The position numbers were made by a program, and so were the translations under genes. Positions 26,607 to 34,162 of a stretch of DNA of 34,162 bases are shown here, in pieces. The first letter of the stretch is position 1; each line of letters begins with the position of its first letter. The stretch is taken from the IMG/VR virus record IMGVR_UViG_3300049782_000084, positions 1-34,162 of that record; one strand, 5' to 3'. Below the pieces are notes generated by a model. It worked only from the letters and a program-made list of their open reading frames with translations, did no database searches and was not told the DNA's origin. This DNA comes from a virus. Lineage: Duplodnaviria > Caudoviricetes.

Positions 26607-26834
26607 ATGGACGAGGGTAGACAGCCACCTGGCGACAACGAAAGCACGCGGCCGCCCCTGGTGACCGTCAACAGCCCGCTGAGCCCGCTCCAGCAGGCCT
26701 ACGCTGCCTACGCCCAGCACGCCACGCGCTGCCTCGTCTGCCGTGACGTCGACGCCGGCCCCTGCCTGAAGGCGGAGCAACTGTGGAAGGCGTACCGGGT
26801 CATAGGTGACGACGCGTGCGACAGGCTCGCCTAG
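26607..26834 (+). CDS. Small H/C-motif hypothetical protein
   Basis: GGAG RBS; Q.AY..Y..H...C..C......C...L..AY; divergent from wHTH gene. Confidence 0.7.
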   Translation: MDEGRQPPGDNESTRPPLVTVNSPLSPLQQAYAAYAQHATRCLVCRDVDAGPCLKAEQLWKAYRVIGDDACDRLA

Positions 26835-27011
26835 TCAAGATCGTTGCCTCTGGGGTAAGTGCAGGCCAGAGCCTTGACGAAGGGTAACGGACGAGTAAAT
26901 TCCGTTCGGATATATGCGCCGTCCACCCTTCCCCTGCGGACCGTTTACCGCTTGACTATCAGTCAGGCGCACAACGGCATATGCCCCTGTCGGCGCCCAC
27001 CGTCGTGCTGG

Positions 27012-27620
27012 CTACAACCGAATCAACCACCGATCCATCGGCAAGATCAGATCAGCAGTCTCCAGGGAGCGGCCGTGATCATCGAGGCGAGTGCGCACCA
27101 CGCGATACGCCACGGTATCCACCAGCAACCCCAGCGCATGAGCCTGCTCAGCCGTGAGCTCTACACACCCCAGCTCCGCCGTATAGGAAGCATGCGGACG
27201 GCGCTGGCCATGCCACCACGACGACACCAGCATCGCCGACCGGCCGCCCGGATCCATGCACTCCACCGTCTCGTGCCGCAGCATCGCGCCCACCTCGACG
27301 CCAAGCCGCTCCGCAAGCTCCACGGTGGCCGGGCGCGGTCGGGTGTCGGTGGTCTCGCTGGACCACGGCCACTCGGCGTCCGCATCGGTGAGAGTGCGCA
27401 TAGCAGGAGGATGCGCCACATAAACCGCCCTGCGCTCCTCACCCTCCAGAACTCCGGTACGGCGCAGTAGCACGTAGGCAAGACGCACAGTCTGAGGGTG
27501 CACGCCGAGTTCGGCAGCCAGCTCGGCCCTCGATGGCAAGGCCTCCCCAGGCCGCCACTCGCCGGCAGCGATACGGCGCCGGATGTCAGCGGCGATGCGC
27601 CGAAAGCGCGCTTCTGACAT
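27012..27620 (-). CDS. GntR-family regulator with degenerate UTRA-like C-terminal domain
   Basis: IAADIRRRI..GEW.PGE.LPSR.ELA.E.GV...TVR.A; C-terminal A.RLGV..G, RV.RT..D..GR..E. Confidence 0.88.
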   Translation of the reverse strand: MSEARFRRIAADIRRRIAAGEWRPGEALPSRAELAAELGVHPQTVRLAYVLLRRTGVLEGEERRAVYVAHPPAMRTLTDADAEWPWSSETTDTRPRPATVELAERLGVEVGAMLRHETVECMDPGGRSAMLVSSWWHGQRRPHASYTAELGCVELTAEQAHALGLLVDTVAYRVVRTRLDDHGRSLETADLILPMDRWLIRL

Positions 27621-27677
27621 CCAGACCCCTGCCGTCGATCATGGCGTGAGGTCTGAAGCTACGAAGTCGCTTGGGCG

Positions 27678-27691
27678 CTGGATATATCCAG
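27678..27691. promoter_or_regulatory. Perfect 14-bp palindrome CTGGATATATCCAG upstream of GntR gene
   Basis: Direct reading; about 17 bp upstream of a minus-strand TAGCTT -10 candidate at 27656-27661. Confidence 0.55.
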
Positions 27692-27729
27692 GCGGGGCGA
27701 GGGATGCTTGGCAACTGAAGAAGGAAGGT

Positions 27730-27968
27730 TTCGGCACCCCGGAGTTCAGGTCCCCGGTGGGGTCGAAGGGCTCACCTACGGCTTCGTACCCCCTTGGCCG
27801 GACGGTGCAGCCCGCTCGGGTACCCGGCAACTCGAACCGGGTATCCACCCGAACGGGTGAACCATTTTTCGGCACGGCGAAGCGGGTCGCTCGTTACGCA
27901 GAGAGCCGGAGCCGGAGTCGGTCCCACTACCCCCAAGGTGTGCAAGACGACTCCGGCTCCGGTTTTTC
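27730..27968 (+). ncRNA. Candidate structured non-coding RNA
   Basis: Consecutive and nested stems at 27730-27767 and 27811-27857, ending in a terminator; no convincing ORF. Confidence 0.35.
27906..27968 (+). terminator. Intrinsic terminator
   Basis: CCGGAGCCGGAGTCG-N27-CGACTCCGGCTCCGG followed by TTTTT. Confidence 0.75.
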
Positions 27969-28006
27969 TATTACGCCTCACCGGCGGCCGGTTGCTCAGC
28001 TCGAAC

Positions 28007-28248
28007 GGGAATTGGGAAACGAATGGGAGATGATCTCCGGGAGGGGCTGCTAGGTTCCGCTAATTTCTGCGAACTTCTGCTTTGCTCCCGTCGGCCTCTC
28101 CCAGCTCAAGGTGCTGGTCTGCAGGTCACGGGCTCGAGCCTCACATCGTCAGCAGCATGGCCAGCATCCCGATGGAGAACCTTCGGAAATCCGCCTCACC
28201 TGGGAAGACAGGGCACCAGATCACCCTTATGGGAGACTACTGGGAAAC
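28007..28248. other. attP: arm-type TGGGA(A/G)A repeats flanking a core at ~28141-28174
   Basis: TGGGAAAC 28013, TGGGAGA 28024, TGGGAAGA 28201, TGGGAGAC 28230, TGGGAAAC 28241; immediately downstream of integrase. Confidence 0.7.
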
Positions 28249-29543
28249 GGCGGTGACCACCAGACGCCCATTTCCCAGAACGCCTCCCACCGAGCCTGCA
28301 GCGTCTCTGCGATCCGGCGCTCCATTGGAGGCGTCAGGTTCGAGTACAGGCCCTCCACGCCGGCTACCTCGTGCCCCATCCGGGTCTCCATCGCGATGCG
28401 CGCATGACCGTCTTCCTCCAGCCACTCTCGATGCCCGTGGCGCAACAGATAGATCCGCTTGCCGGACATCTCCTGGACGGGAGGAATCGCCTGCCGCAGA
28501 TGGTCGCGCCGCGCAGAACGCTGCGGAGATCCACCCCGGATGTAGGGCCAGTACGCCTTCCCCCACTGGGTGCCCATCTGGCTTCCGCCCAGCGCGGGAA
28601 AGACCCACGGAGAGTCATGCGACGCCAGCAAGGCGGCATGCATCTCATGCAAGAAAGGCGGCACAACCAAGGTGCGGTGGGAGTCGTACTTCGGGCCCAC
28701 CTGCGTCCGCTTCCCGCGCTCGTACTGCGACTGGTACTGAACACGCAGGGCCGGCATGACGTCGGGCCCGTACCGCTCCAGCATGCTCTCCCGGCGCTCG
28801 GGGTCAGGGTCACTCGCCGGCCAGGTCGGGGAGGCGAACTCCCGACGGAGCCCCCACATCTCCCCGGGCGGGCGCATGCCCGTGAACGCGAGCGTCCAGA
28901 TGTAGGTCCAGCCGGTGAAGCCCCACACGTGGTAGGCGTTGCACGCCAGCGCATGCAGCACGGCCATCTGCATGGGCCGCTTGATCTCGCGCTTCTGCTT
29001 GCTGTACCGGCCGCGGCGCTGCTGCCGGATGACGGGCGACTCGCTCCGCAGCTTGTACTTGACCACGGCGTCGGTCATCAGCATCCCGAAGAGACCGGTG
29101 AGCTGATCGGCGTAGTGGTGGGAGAGCTCTTCACGGGCGACTGCGGCCTGCAGGCTCTTCTTCCACGCCTCGTACTCCCAGGTAGTGATCTCGCCGACCG
29201 CCCGGTCGCCCCAGTAGGGGATGATCCTCGACCGCAGCCGGCTCCGGTAGCGCGTGATGGACGTGTCGCGAAGATCCTGGGCCTCGAGCCACATCCAGCA
29301 GTAGTCGCGCATGAGCGTCTTAGCGCTGGCGCGGGGGATGTGGGTGCCGTGCCGGACCTCGTGCTCGCGGTCGAGCCCGTAGTTGTAGGCCTCGTCCTCG
29401 CTGTCGAAGGGGATGCCCGGCTCCGGGCCGCTCGCGGACTCGTACCTCTTGCGCCGGGTCGCCCGGCCTTCGCTGTCGAGGTGGTACTCGCCGCCCCACC
29501 ACTTCACACGGATGCTGCCGCCGCGGACCTCAACGTAGGGCAT
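28227..29543 (-). CDS. int: Tyrosine integrase
   Basis: N-terminal arm-binding-like beta domain, TGMRP, PKY.S.R, YLLRH, RMGH, LYS catalytic set. Confidence 0.93.
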   Translation of the reverse strand: MPYVEVRGGSIRVKWWGGEYHLDSEGRATRRKRYESASGPEPGIPFDSEDEAYNYGLDREHEVRHGTHIPRASAKTLMRDYCWMWLEAQDLRDTSITRYRSRLRSRIIPYWGDRAVGEITTWEYEAWKKSLQAAVAREELSHHYADQLTGLFGMLMTDAVVKYKLRSESPVIRQQRRGRYSKQKREIKRPMQMAVLHALACNAYHVWGFTGWTYIWTLAFTGMRPPGEMWGLRREFASPTWPASDPDPERRESMLERYGPDVMPALRVQYQSQYERGKRTQVGPKYDSHRTLVVPPFLHEMHAALLASHDSPWVFPALGGSQMGTQWGKAYWPYIRGGSPQRSARRDHLRQAIPPVQEMSGKRIYLLRHGHREWLEEDGHARIAMETRMGHEVAGVEGLYSNLTPPMERRIAETLQARWEAFWEMGVWWSPPFPSSLP

Positions 29544-29618
29544 GCGTTCCCCCCTGGGTGTTGCTGGGCGCGGTAGTCCGGCAGGTACCCCTACCGCCTG
29601 GACTCCGCGGCCTCGTGC

Positions 29619-29813
29619 TCAGGTACCGAGCCAGCAGCCTCGGCATCCCTTGCAATCTCCTCCTACGCGCTTCACGACCTCGCGCATCGAGCGGCGTGCA
29701 TCTTCGCTCGTGGCGATCTCGGGAGGCGCTACACAGATCATTCTTCCATTGGCCGGGCCGGCCCAGCCTGCGAAGTTCGGGCCGGCGTCAACTATGGACA
29801 GACTGCTCCGCAT
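29619..29813 (-). CDS. Small Cys-rich hypothetical protein
   Basis: AAGGGGG RBS; C...CKGCRGC; between repressor and integrase. Confidence 0.7.
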   Translation of the reverse strand: MRSSLSIVDAGPNFAGWAGPANGRMICVAPPEIATSEDARRSMREVVKRVGGDCKGCRGCWLGT

Positions 29814-29977
29814 ACCTGGTCCCCCTTCGTGGGTGCTACCGGGGAACCCCCAAGGTGTAGCAACGACTTTGCCATGTCAGGGACCGGTTGGGACCGTGTG
29901 GGGCCAAAGTGGTGGCGGGAAATTTGTGACTCGAGCGCAGGTCGCAGATGGTTGTACATCGATGTACTGAGTTTGAA

Positions 29978-30388
29978 TCAGATGACGCCCTGTTCGCGTA
30001 GTTCTTCGATCACCCGCCGGTTCAGCTCGAGGATCTCATCGCCAGTCAGGTCGCCTCGCGTTGCGATCGCCGCGTGCTGCACCGCGTTGCCTACGAGGCG
30101 CTCGAGATCCGACTTGGGTACGTCGGCGACCTTGACCCCGTTGTGAAGGGGCTCGCTGGTGACCGGATCGTCGCCGGCCAGAACGCGGAGACAGCTGCCG
30201 GCGGCCCATTGAAGGGCGGCGTCGATACCAGCGTAGGAGCGGTCCCAGACTTTTTGGCCCGCCTCGACTCTCTTCCAGGTGTCCTTGGAGATGCCGCCCA
30301 GCTTGGCGGCTGGCTCGATGCCGAGCCGTAGCTCGGTCCGTCGCTTCTGTACGAGCGTCGCCAGGCGCTCGAGGTGGGGGCTGGTCAT
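29978..30388 (-). CDS. Immunity repressor (XRE-family HTH)
   Basis: LA.LV..RR.EL.L....AA..GGIS..TW.RVE.G...ID.AL.W..GS; divergent from Cro-like gene; ATG 30388 preferred. Confidence 0.85.
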   Translation of the reverse strand: MTSPHLERLATLVQKRRTELRLGIEPAAKLGGISKDTWKRVEAGQKVWDRSYAGIDAALQWAAGSCLRVLAGDDPVTSEPLHNGVKVADVPKSDLERLVGNAVQHAAIATRGDLTGDEILELNRRVIEELREQGVI

Positions 30389-30525
30389 GGCGCCATCTTC
30401 GCAGGACCCGCTAGGACCAGCTAGGACTGGGCCAAAGGAGTCCGGAACGTGCTGCTTCAAGTGCGCACGGTGACCGAAAACCGGTCACTCGACCGGATTA
30501 CCACCATGAGCTGCAGCGACGATGA

Positions 30526-30580
30526 TCCGCTAACTTCTGCGAACTTCTACTAGACTCTGGCGCTGTCTTCCGCTAACTTC
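30526..30580. promoter_or_regulatory. Operator-like 10-bp repeats (GCTAACTTCT) and rightward early promoter
   Basis: GCTAACTTCT GCGAACTTCT ACTAGACTCT ... GCTAACTTCG; TAACTT 6 nt before ATG 30586. Confidence 0.7.
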
Positions 30581-30585
30581 GGTGC

Positions 30586-30840
30586 ATGGAACAACCCCCT
30601 CCCACCTACCAGGTGAAAGGGGCGGAAATCCGCAAGCTCCGCATGCAGGCAGGGCTGAGAACCGAAGAGCTGGCTCAGAGAGCACGCCTCAGCAGGCGCT
30701 ACCTCAACCACCTCGAAAACGGATACCGCACCCGCATGAGACCGGACTCCTACGCCCGGCTCCGCACCGCGCTCGGCCTGCCGGCCGAATCCATACGCAT
30801 CCTCCTCGCATCCCCAGAGGACCCACCCGAAAAGAGGTGA
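30586..30840 (+). CDS. Cro-like XRE HTH protein
   Basis: IRKLRMQAGL..EELA.RA.LSR.YL.HLENG. Confidence 0.88.
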   Translation: MEQPPPTYQVKGAEIRKLRMQAGLRTEELAQRARLSRRYLNHLENGYRTRMRPDSYARLRTALGLPAESIRILLASPEDPPEKR

Positions 30841-30841
30841 C

Positions 30842-31123
30842 ATGCCCCCGCGTAAGGCTCCCCCCACGAAGCAGCCGATCAAGCTTGAGGGCTTCTACGA
30901 CGTCAAGCAGGCCGCCGTCAGGCTCGGCCTGGCCACCGAAGACCCCGACGACATCCGCGGCCAACGCTGGCTCCGCGACGGCGTCAACCACAAGGGCTTC
31001 CCGCACCACCGCATGAACCGGGTCCTGATGTTCTCCGACTCGGACCTCGCCGAGATCGCGGCCATGCACCGCAACGCTCCCACCCGAGCCGGCCGCCCCC
31101 GCCGCGCCCGCGTCGCCGCCTAG
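30842..31123 (+). CDS. Excisionase-like (MerR/HTH_17-type) DNA-binding protein
   Basis: FY.VKQAA.RLG...RWLRD....FPHHRM...LMFS.SDL..I. Confidence 0.75.
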   Translation: MPPRKAPPTKQPIKLEGFYDVKQAAVRLGLATEDPDDIRGQRWLRDGVNHKGFPHHRMNRVLMFSDSDLAEIAAMHRNAPTRAGRPRRARVAA

Positions 31124-31212
31124 CCGGCCAACGCAATGAGGCCGCCCCGCGGCTACGGGACGACCTCGAACGCTCCACCCCTACCGAACACCAGAAACGA
31201 AAGGGGCTTCAC

Positions 31213-31497
31213 GTGCCTCAATCCTCTCAGACGACCGGGACCATGACGGTCCGGGTCTGTGACCGCGGCTCCGGTCGCGAGTACGTCGGCGTGACGATCC
31301 GCACGGTCACGGTCTCCGACCGCTGCCCGCAGTGCGGCGGCCCGCGCGGTGTCGACACGATCCGCAACCACAACTTCCACGAGGACGGCGAGTGGCTGTC
31401 CGTGGACCGCTGGACCAATCCGTGCGGCCACGTCGACATGTACTCCGCCGTGCTGGCCGAGGCCCGCGCCAACACCCAGGACGAGGTGATGGCATGA
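31213..31497 (+). CDS. Hypothetical early protein with CxxC/CxH motifs
   Basis: AAGGGG RBS; CPQCGGPRG, W.NPCGH.D.Y. Confidence 0.75.
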   Translation: MPQSSQTTGTMTVRVCDRGSGREYVGVTIRTVTVSDRCPQCGGPRGVDTIRNHNFHEDGEWLSVDRWTNPCGHVDMYSAVLAEARANTQDEVMA

Positions 31498-32081
31498 AGT
31501 GCGGCGAGCCGATGCCCGGCGGCAGCTACCAGACCTGCGACCGCGACCTCAAGCACAGCGGCGACCACGCCTACCTGAACCAGCGCTGGCCGCGCCCCGT
31601 CCTGGCCGGGCCTGACTGGGAGGTGCAGGAGTTCCTCGAGGACGCCATCCCCGCGACCGCGTGGGGCGTGGAGGAGCGCAGCTACCCGATCGTCGTCACC
31701 GAGACCATCACCCGGATTCTCTGGGTCGACGCCGAATCCGAGGACAAGGCGCTCGCCTACTGGGCGGACGACTGGACCGACATCCCGCTGAAGAACGCCG
31801 ACGTCATTGACGGCTACCTGGAGTTCGAGCGGCCGGACGAGTTCCAGCGGCAGGAGGCGTTCAGGGCCAACCGCTCCGAGCAGAAGATCGGCCCGCTGAT
31901 CCAGTGCCCGGACTGCAGCGCAGAGGCATTCCGGCGGGAGTGGATGCACAACCCGATGCGGAAGTGCCACGGCCCCATCGAGTGGCGCAAGACCCCCTCG
32001 AAGGACCCGCGCTTCCAGTGGCGCCGCGAGTTCAAGCTCACGCCGGCCCGCAACGCCGCCCGGAAGCAGGTGGCGGCATGA
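31494..32081 (+). CDS. Hypothetical early protein
   Basis: GAGG RBS, ATGA overlap; C...C....H.GDH N-terminus, CPDC. Confidence 0.75.
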   Translation: MKCGEPMPGGSYQTCDRDLKHSGDHAYLNQRWPRPVLAGPDWEVQEFLEDAIPATAWGVEERSYPIVVTETITRILWVDAESEDKALAYWADDWTDIPLKNADVIDGYLEFERPDEFQRQEAFRANRSEQKIGPLIQCPDCSAEAFRREWMHNPMRKCHGPIEWRKTPSKDPRFQWRREFKLTPARNAARKQVAA

Positions 32082-32692
32082 CGACGACGTGCACCTGCAT
32101 CCACGAGCCTGAGGTCGACGCCGGGCGAACGCTGCACGCCAGCTACTGCCCGATGACCGAGCCGATCACCACTGTCGAGGCTGCTGTGGCCGAGCTGGGC
32201 GCACTGCCGATGCCCGCCGGCAACCCGACGCAGGCGCTCAGCGACGAGCGGCTCGCCGAAATCCAGGCCCGCGTCGCCGAACTGGGCAAGCACGGCCTGC
32301 CTGGCGGCACGTGGAAGGCCAGCCCGACCGACGGCAAGAGCGTGCTCCCGCCGGAGACGGCACACGTCGTCGAGGACGTGCTGCGCACGAGCGGGGCCCT
32401 GCTCCGATCTTCGGTCGGGGTCTTCGGCGAGGCGGTCCACGCCGAGTTCGCCGCCCACGCCAGCGAGGACGTGCCCGCGCTGCTGGCGGAGATCCGCCGC
32501 CTGAAGGACGAGCTGGAGCGCCCGCCCGCCACCGAGTACGCCATCCGGTTCTCCGACAGCTCCGTCCTCCGCGAGGGCAACCCGCTCGACCGCGGCGAGC
32601 AGGAGCGGCGCCTGGCCGACTACCTGCCCGAGTGCCCGCAGGCCCGGCTCGTGCAGCGCACCGTCAGCCCGTGGACGGAGGCCGACCGGTGA
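32078..32692 (+). CDS. Hypothetical early protein
   Basis: ATGA overlap; LGALPMP, LSDERLAEI.AR, EF.AHA.EDVPALLAEI.RL motifs I recall from Streptomyces phage early genes. Confidence 0.75.
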   Translation: MTTTCTCIHEPEVDAGRTLHASYCPMTEPITTVEAAVAELGALPMPAGNPTQALSDERLAEIQARVAELGKHGLPGGTWKASPTDGKSVLPPETAHVVEDVLRTSGALLRSSVGVFGEAVHAEFAAHASEDVPALLAEIRRLKDELERPPATEYAIRFSDSSVLREGNPLDRGEQERRLADYLPECPQARLVQRTVSPWTEADR

Positions 32693-32928
32693 CCACCGAC
32701 ATCGCCCGCCTGGACGTGCCCACCGAGGTGCTGGAGCGGCGCGTCGCCGCCTGGCACTTCGAGCAGGCCGCCGCGAAGACCCACTCCCCGTCCGACCAGA
32801 TCGCCTTCCGCCTCGACGCCTGGCTCGTCACCCACCCCACCGCCTGCGCCACCAGCGCCGACTACCCCGGCTGGGCCGAACAGTTCGCCGCCATCAAAGC
32901 CGCACACAGCAGCAAGGAGACGCCGTGA
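32689..32928 (+). CDS. Hypothetical early protein
   Basis: GGAGG RBS, GTGA overlaps at both ends. Confidence 0.7.
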   Translation: MTTDIARLDVPTEVLERRVAAWHFEQAAAKTHSPSDQIAFRLDAWLVTHPTACATSADYPGWAEQFAAIKAAHSSKETP

Positions 32929-33434
32929 CCGCCACCGTCGTCGAGTCCCTGCCCGTCCGCCCCCGCAAAGCCTCCGCGTCCCGGCGCCGCCGCCACATCC
33001 AGCAACTGCCCTACCGCCTCCACCTGATCGCCCCCGGCGCGGCCACCATCCTCGTCACCCCCATCTGGACCGACGGCCGCGGCGACGGCGTCCGCCACTA
33101 CCTCGCCCGCGCCCTCGACCAGCGGGGACGCATCGTCAAGTTCGCGGCGGGCGGCTCACAGCGCATCGCCTCCCTGCTCCAGGGCGCCTACCCGGCCGCC
33201 GACTGGAACCAGCCCCAGACCTGGCACGCCGAGACGAACACCCTCACCACCCGCCGGGTCCAGTCGAACGCGGAGATGCGGGCGGCGATCCAGCGGCTCG
33301 AGGAACGCGCGGCCGGACTGGAAGCCGAGCTGGCGATCCAGCGCGAACGGCGCTTCGAGCTGGTCGTCGCCCGCGACTTCGCCGACAGCCTCGACGCCGG
33401 ATACATCGACCGCGAAGGGCTGGCAGCGTCATGA
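32925..33434 (+). CDS. Hypothetical early protein
   Basis: AAGGAG RBS; FP/YP.ADW...QTW motif; C-terminal coiled coil. Confidence 0.75.
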   Translation: MTATVVESLPVRPRKASASRRRRHIQQLPYRLHLIAPGAATILVTPIWTDGRGDGVRHYLARALDQRGRIVKFAAGGSQRIASLLQGAYPAADWNQPQTWHAETNTLTTRRVQSNAEMRAAIQRLEERAAGLEAELAIQRERRFELVVARDFADSLDAGYIDREGLAAS

Positions 33435-33787
33435 GCCTCACCACCGCACCGGCCGCCGCCGACATAGCCGCGGTCCTCGACCTGGCCGCCGACCACATCG
33501 ACTCCGTCGGCTACTGCAAGAAGTACCTGTACAGCGTCCCCCAAGCGGAGACCGGCCTCCCCCTCGACAAGTGCAGCGTGGACCTGATCGGCGCCATCAA
33601 CGTCGCCGTGCACGGAACCCCCCGGCACGTCGGCGGCGACCCCCTCACCTGGGCCGCCGAACAGGCCCTCGCCGAGCGGATCGACGCCCCGTCGGTGGCC
33701 ACCTGGTGCGACTACCCCGGCAACGGCAAGACGACCGCACTGGCCCTCCTCCGCGACACCGCGGCGAGCCTGCGAGGCGAGTCGTGA
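33431..33787 (+). CDS. DUF6197-like hypothetical protein
   Basis: VL..AAD.I...G.C, C...GAI..A, W.D.PG......L..A. Confidence 0.75.
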   Translation: MSLTTAPAAADIAAVLDLAADHIDSVGYCKKYLYSVPQAETGLPLDKCSVDLIGAINVAVHGTPRHVGGDPLTWAAEQALAERIDAPSVATWCDYPGNGKTTALALLRDTAASLRGES

Positions 33788-34092
33788 ACGGCCGCCGCAA
33801 GCACAGCGCCGTCGCCGACAACGCCCGCCTGCGTGAAGCCCGCCGCTCAGACCGCGAATACATCCGCTGGTGCCACGAGCGGTTCGCCGAACTCGGCCGG
33901 CAGGTCCGGGCCTGGCGGGCCCGCGCCGAGATCGCCGAAGGGCGACTCGCCCAGTGCGAGCAGCTCGTCGAACGGCAGACCGCCCAGCTCATGGAACGCG
34001 ACTCCCGCATCGCCGAACTGGAACGCCTCGCCAAGACGGTCGGCGACGACACCGTCGAAACGCCCCGCCCCGCGGCCCTCGCCGCCGCATAG
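33784..34092 (+). CDS. Coiled-coil hypothetical protein
   Basis: GAGG RBS, GTGA overlap; coiled coil ending D.TVETP. Confidence 0.7.
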   Translation: MNGRRKHSAVADNARLREARRSDREYIRWCHERFAELGRQVRAWRARAEIAEGRLAQCEQLVERQTAQLMERDSRIAELERLAKTVGDDTVETPRPAALAAA

Positions 34093-34162
34093 ACCCGTCG
34101 GCCGGGCGGCGACCACCACACCCGCCCCGCCGACGACAAACCCCCGCCGCCCGGCCGACGGG

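Noticed and set aside
27714-27740. CTGAAGA resembling a hammerhead ribozyme core
   Set aside because: No following stem II plus GAAA on the same strand
27639-27875. 78-aa minus-strand ORF and overlapping 27583-28053 plus ORF
   Set aside because: No RBS or leaderless signal, weak codon bias, overlaps stems and regulatory palindrome
28125-28142. GGGCTCGAGCC resembling a tRNA T-loop as att core
   Set aside because: Not GGTTCRANNCC, with no acceptor stem or CCA; the adjacent sequence fits a protein C-terminus better
28430-28456. Integrase YLLRH instead of HxLRH suggesting inactivation
   Set aside because: Tyr at this position occurs in active tyrosine recombinases; the other catalytic residues and the ORF are intact

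Overview
This window is about 34 kb of a high-GC temperate siphovirus of an actinomycete, most likely Streptomyces, read from just upstream of the terminase. Positions 1-19.8 kb hold packaging, HK97-type head and long-tail genes: terminase, a portal fused to a MuF-like domain, protease, capsid, connectors, tail tube, a frameshifted chaperone pair, a tape measure with NlpC/P60, a CBM-bearing distal tail protein, a hub and minor tail proteins. The lysis cassette spans 19.9-22.5 kb. An accessory region at 22.6-28 kb carries a second, Xer-like tyrosine recombinase with a dif/lox-like site, XRE and GntR regulators, many small apparently leaderless genes, DNA-damage promoter motifs and a structured non-coding stretch. 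At 28-31 kb lie a candidate attP, the integrase, repressor, Cro-like and Xis-like genes, followed by small early genes to the end. The att site has phage DNA on both sides, so the sequence looks like the excised or virion form. The most notable items are the Xer-like recombinase with its adjacent site, an attP core resembling the 3' end of a host membrane-protein gene, a 23-bp element shared by attP and the genetic switch, an Sm/LSm-like gene between terminase and portal, a secreted tailspike-like domain and a candidate structured RNA next to attP. Family assignments come from motif recognition by eye, not database searches.
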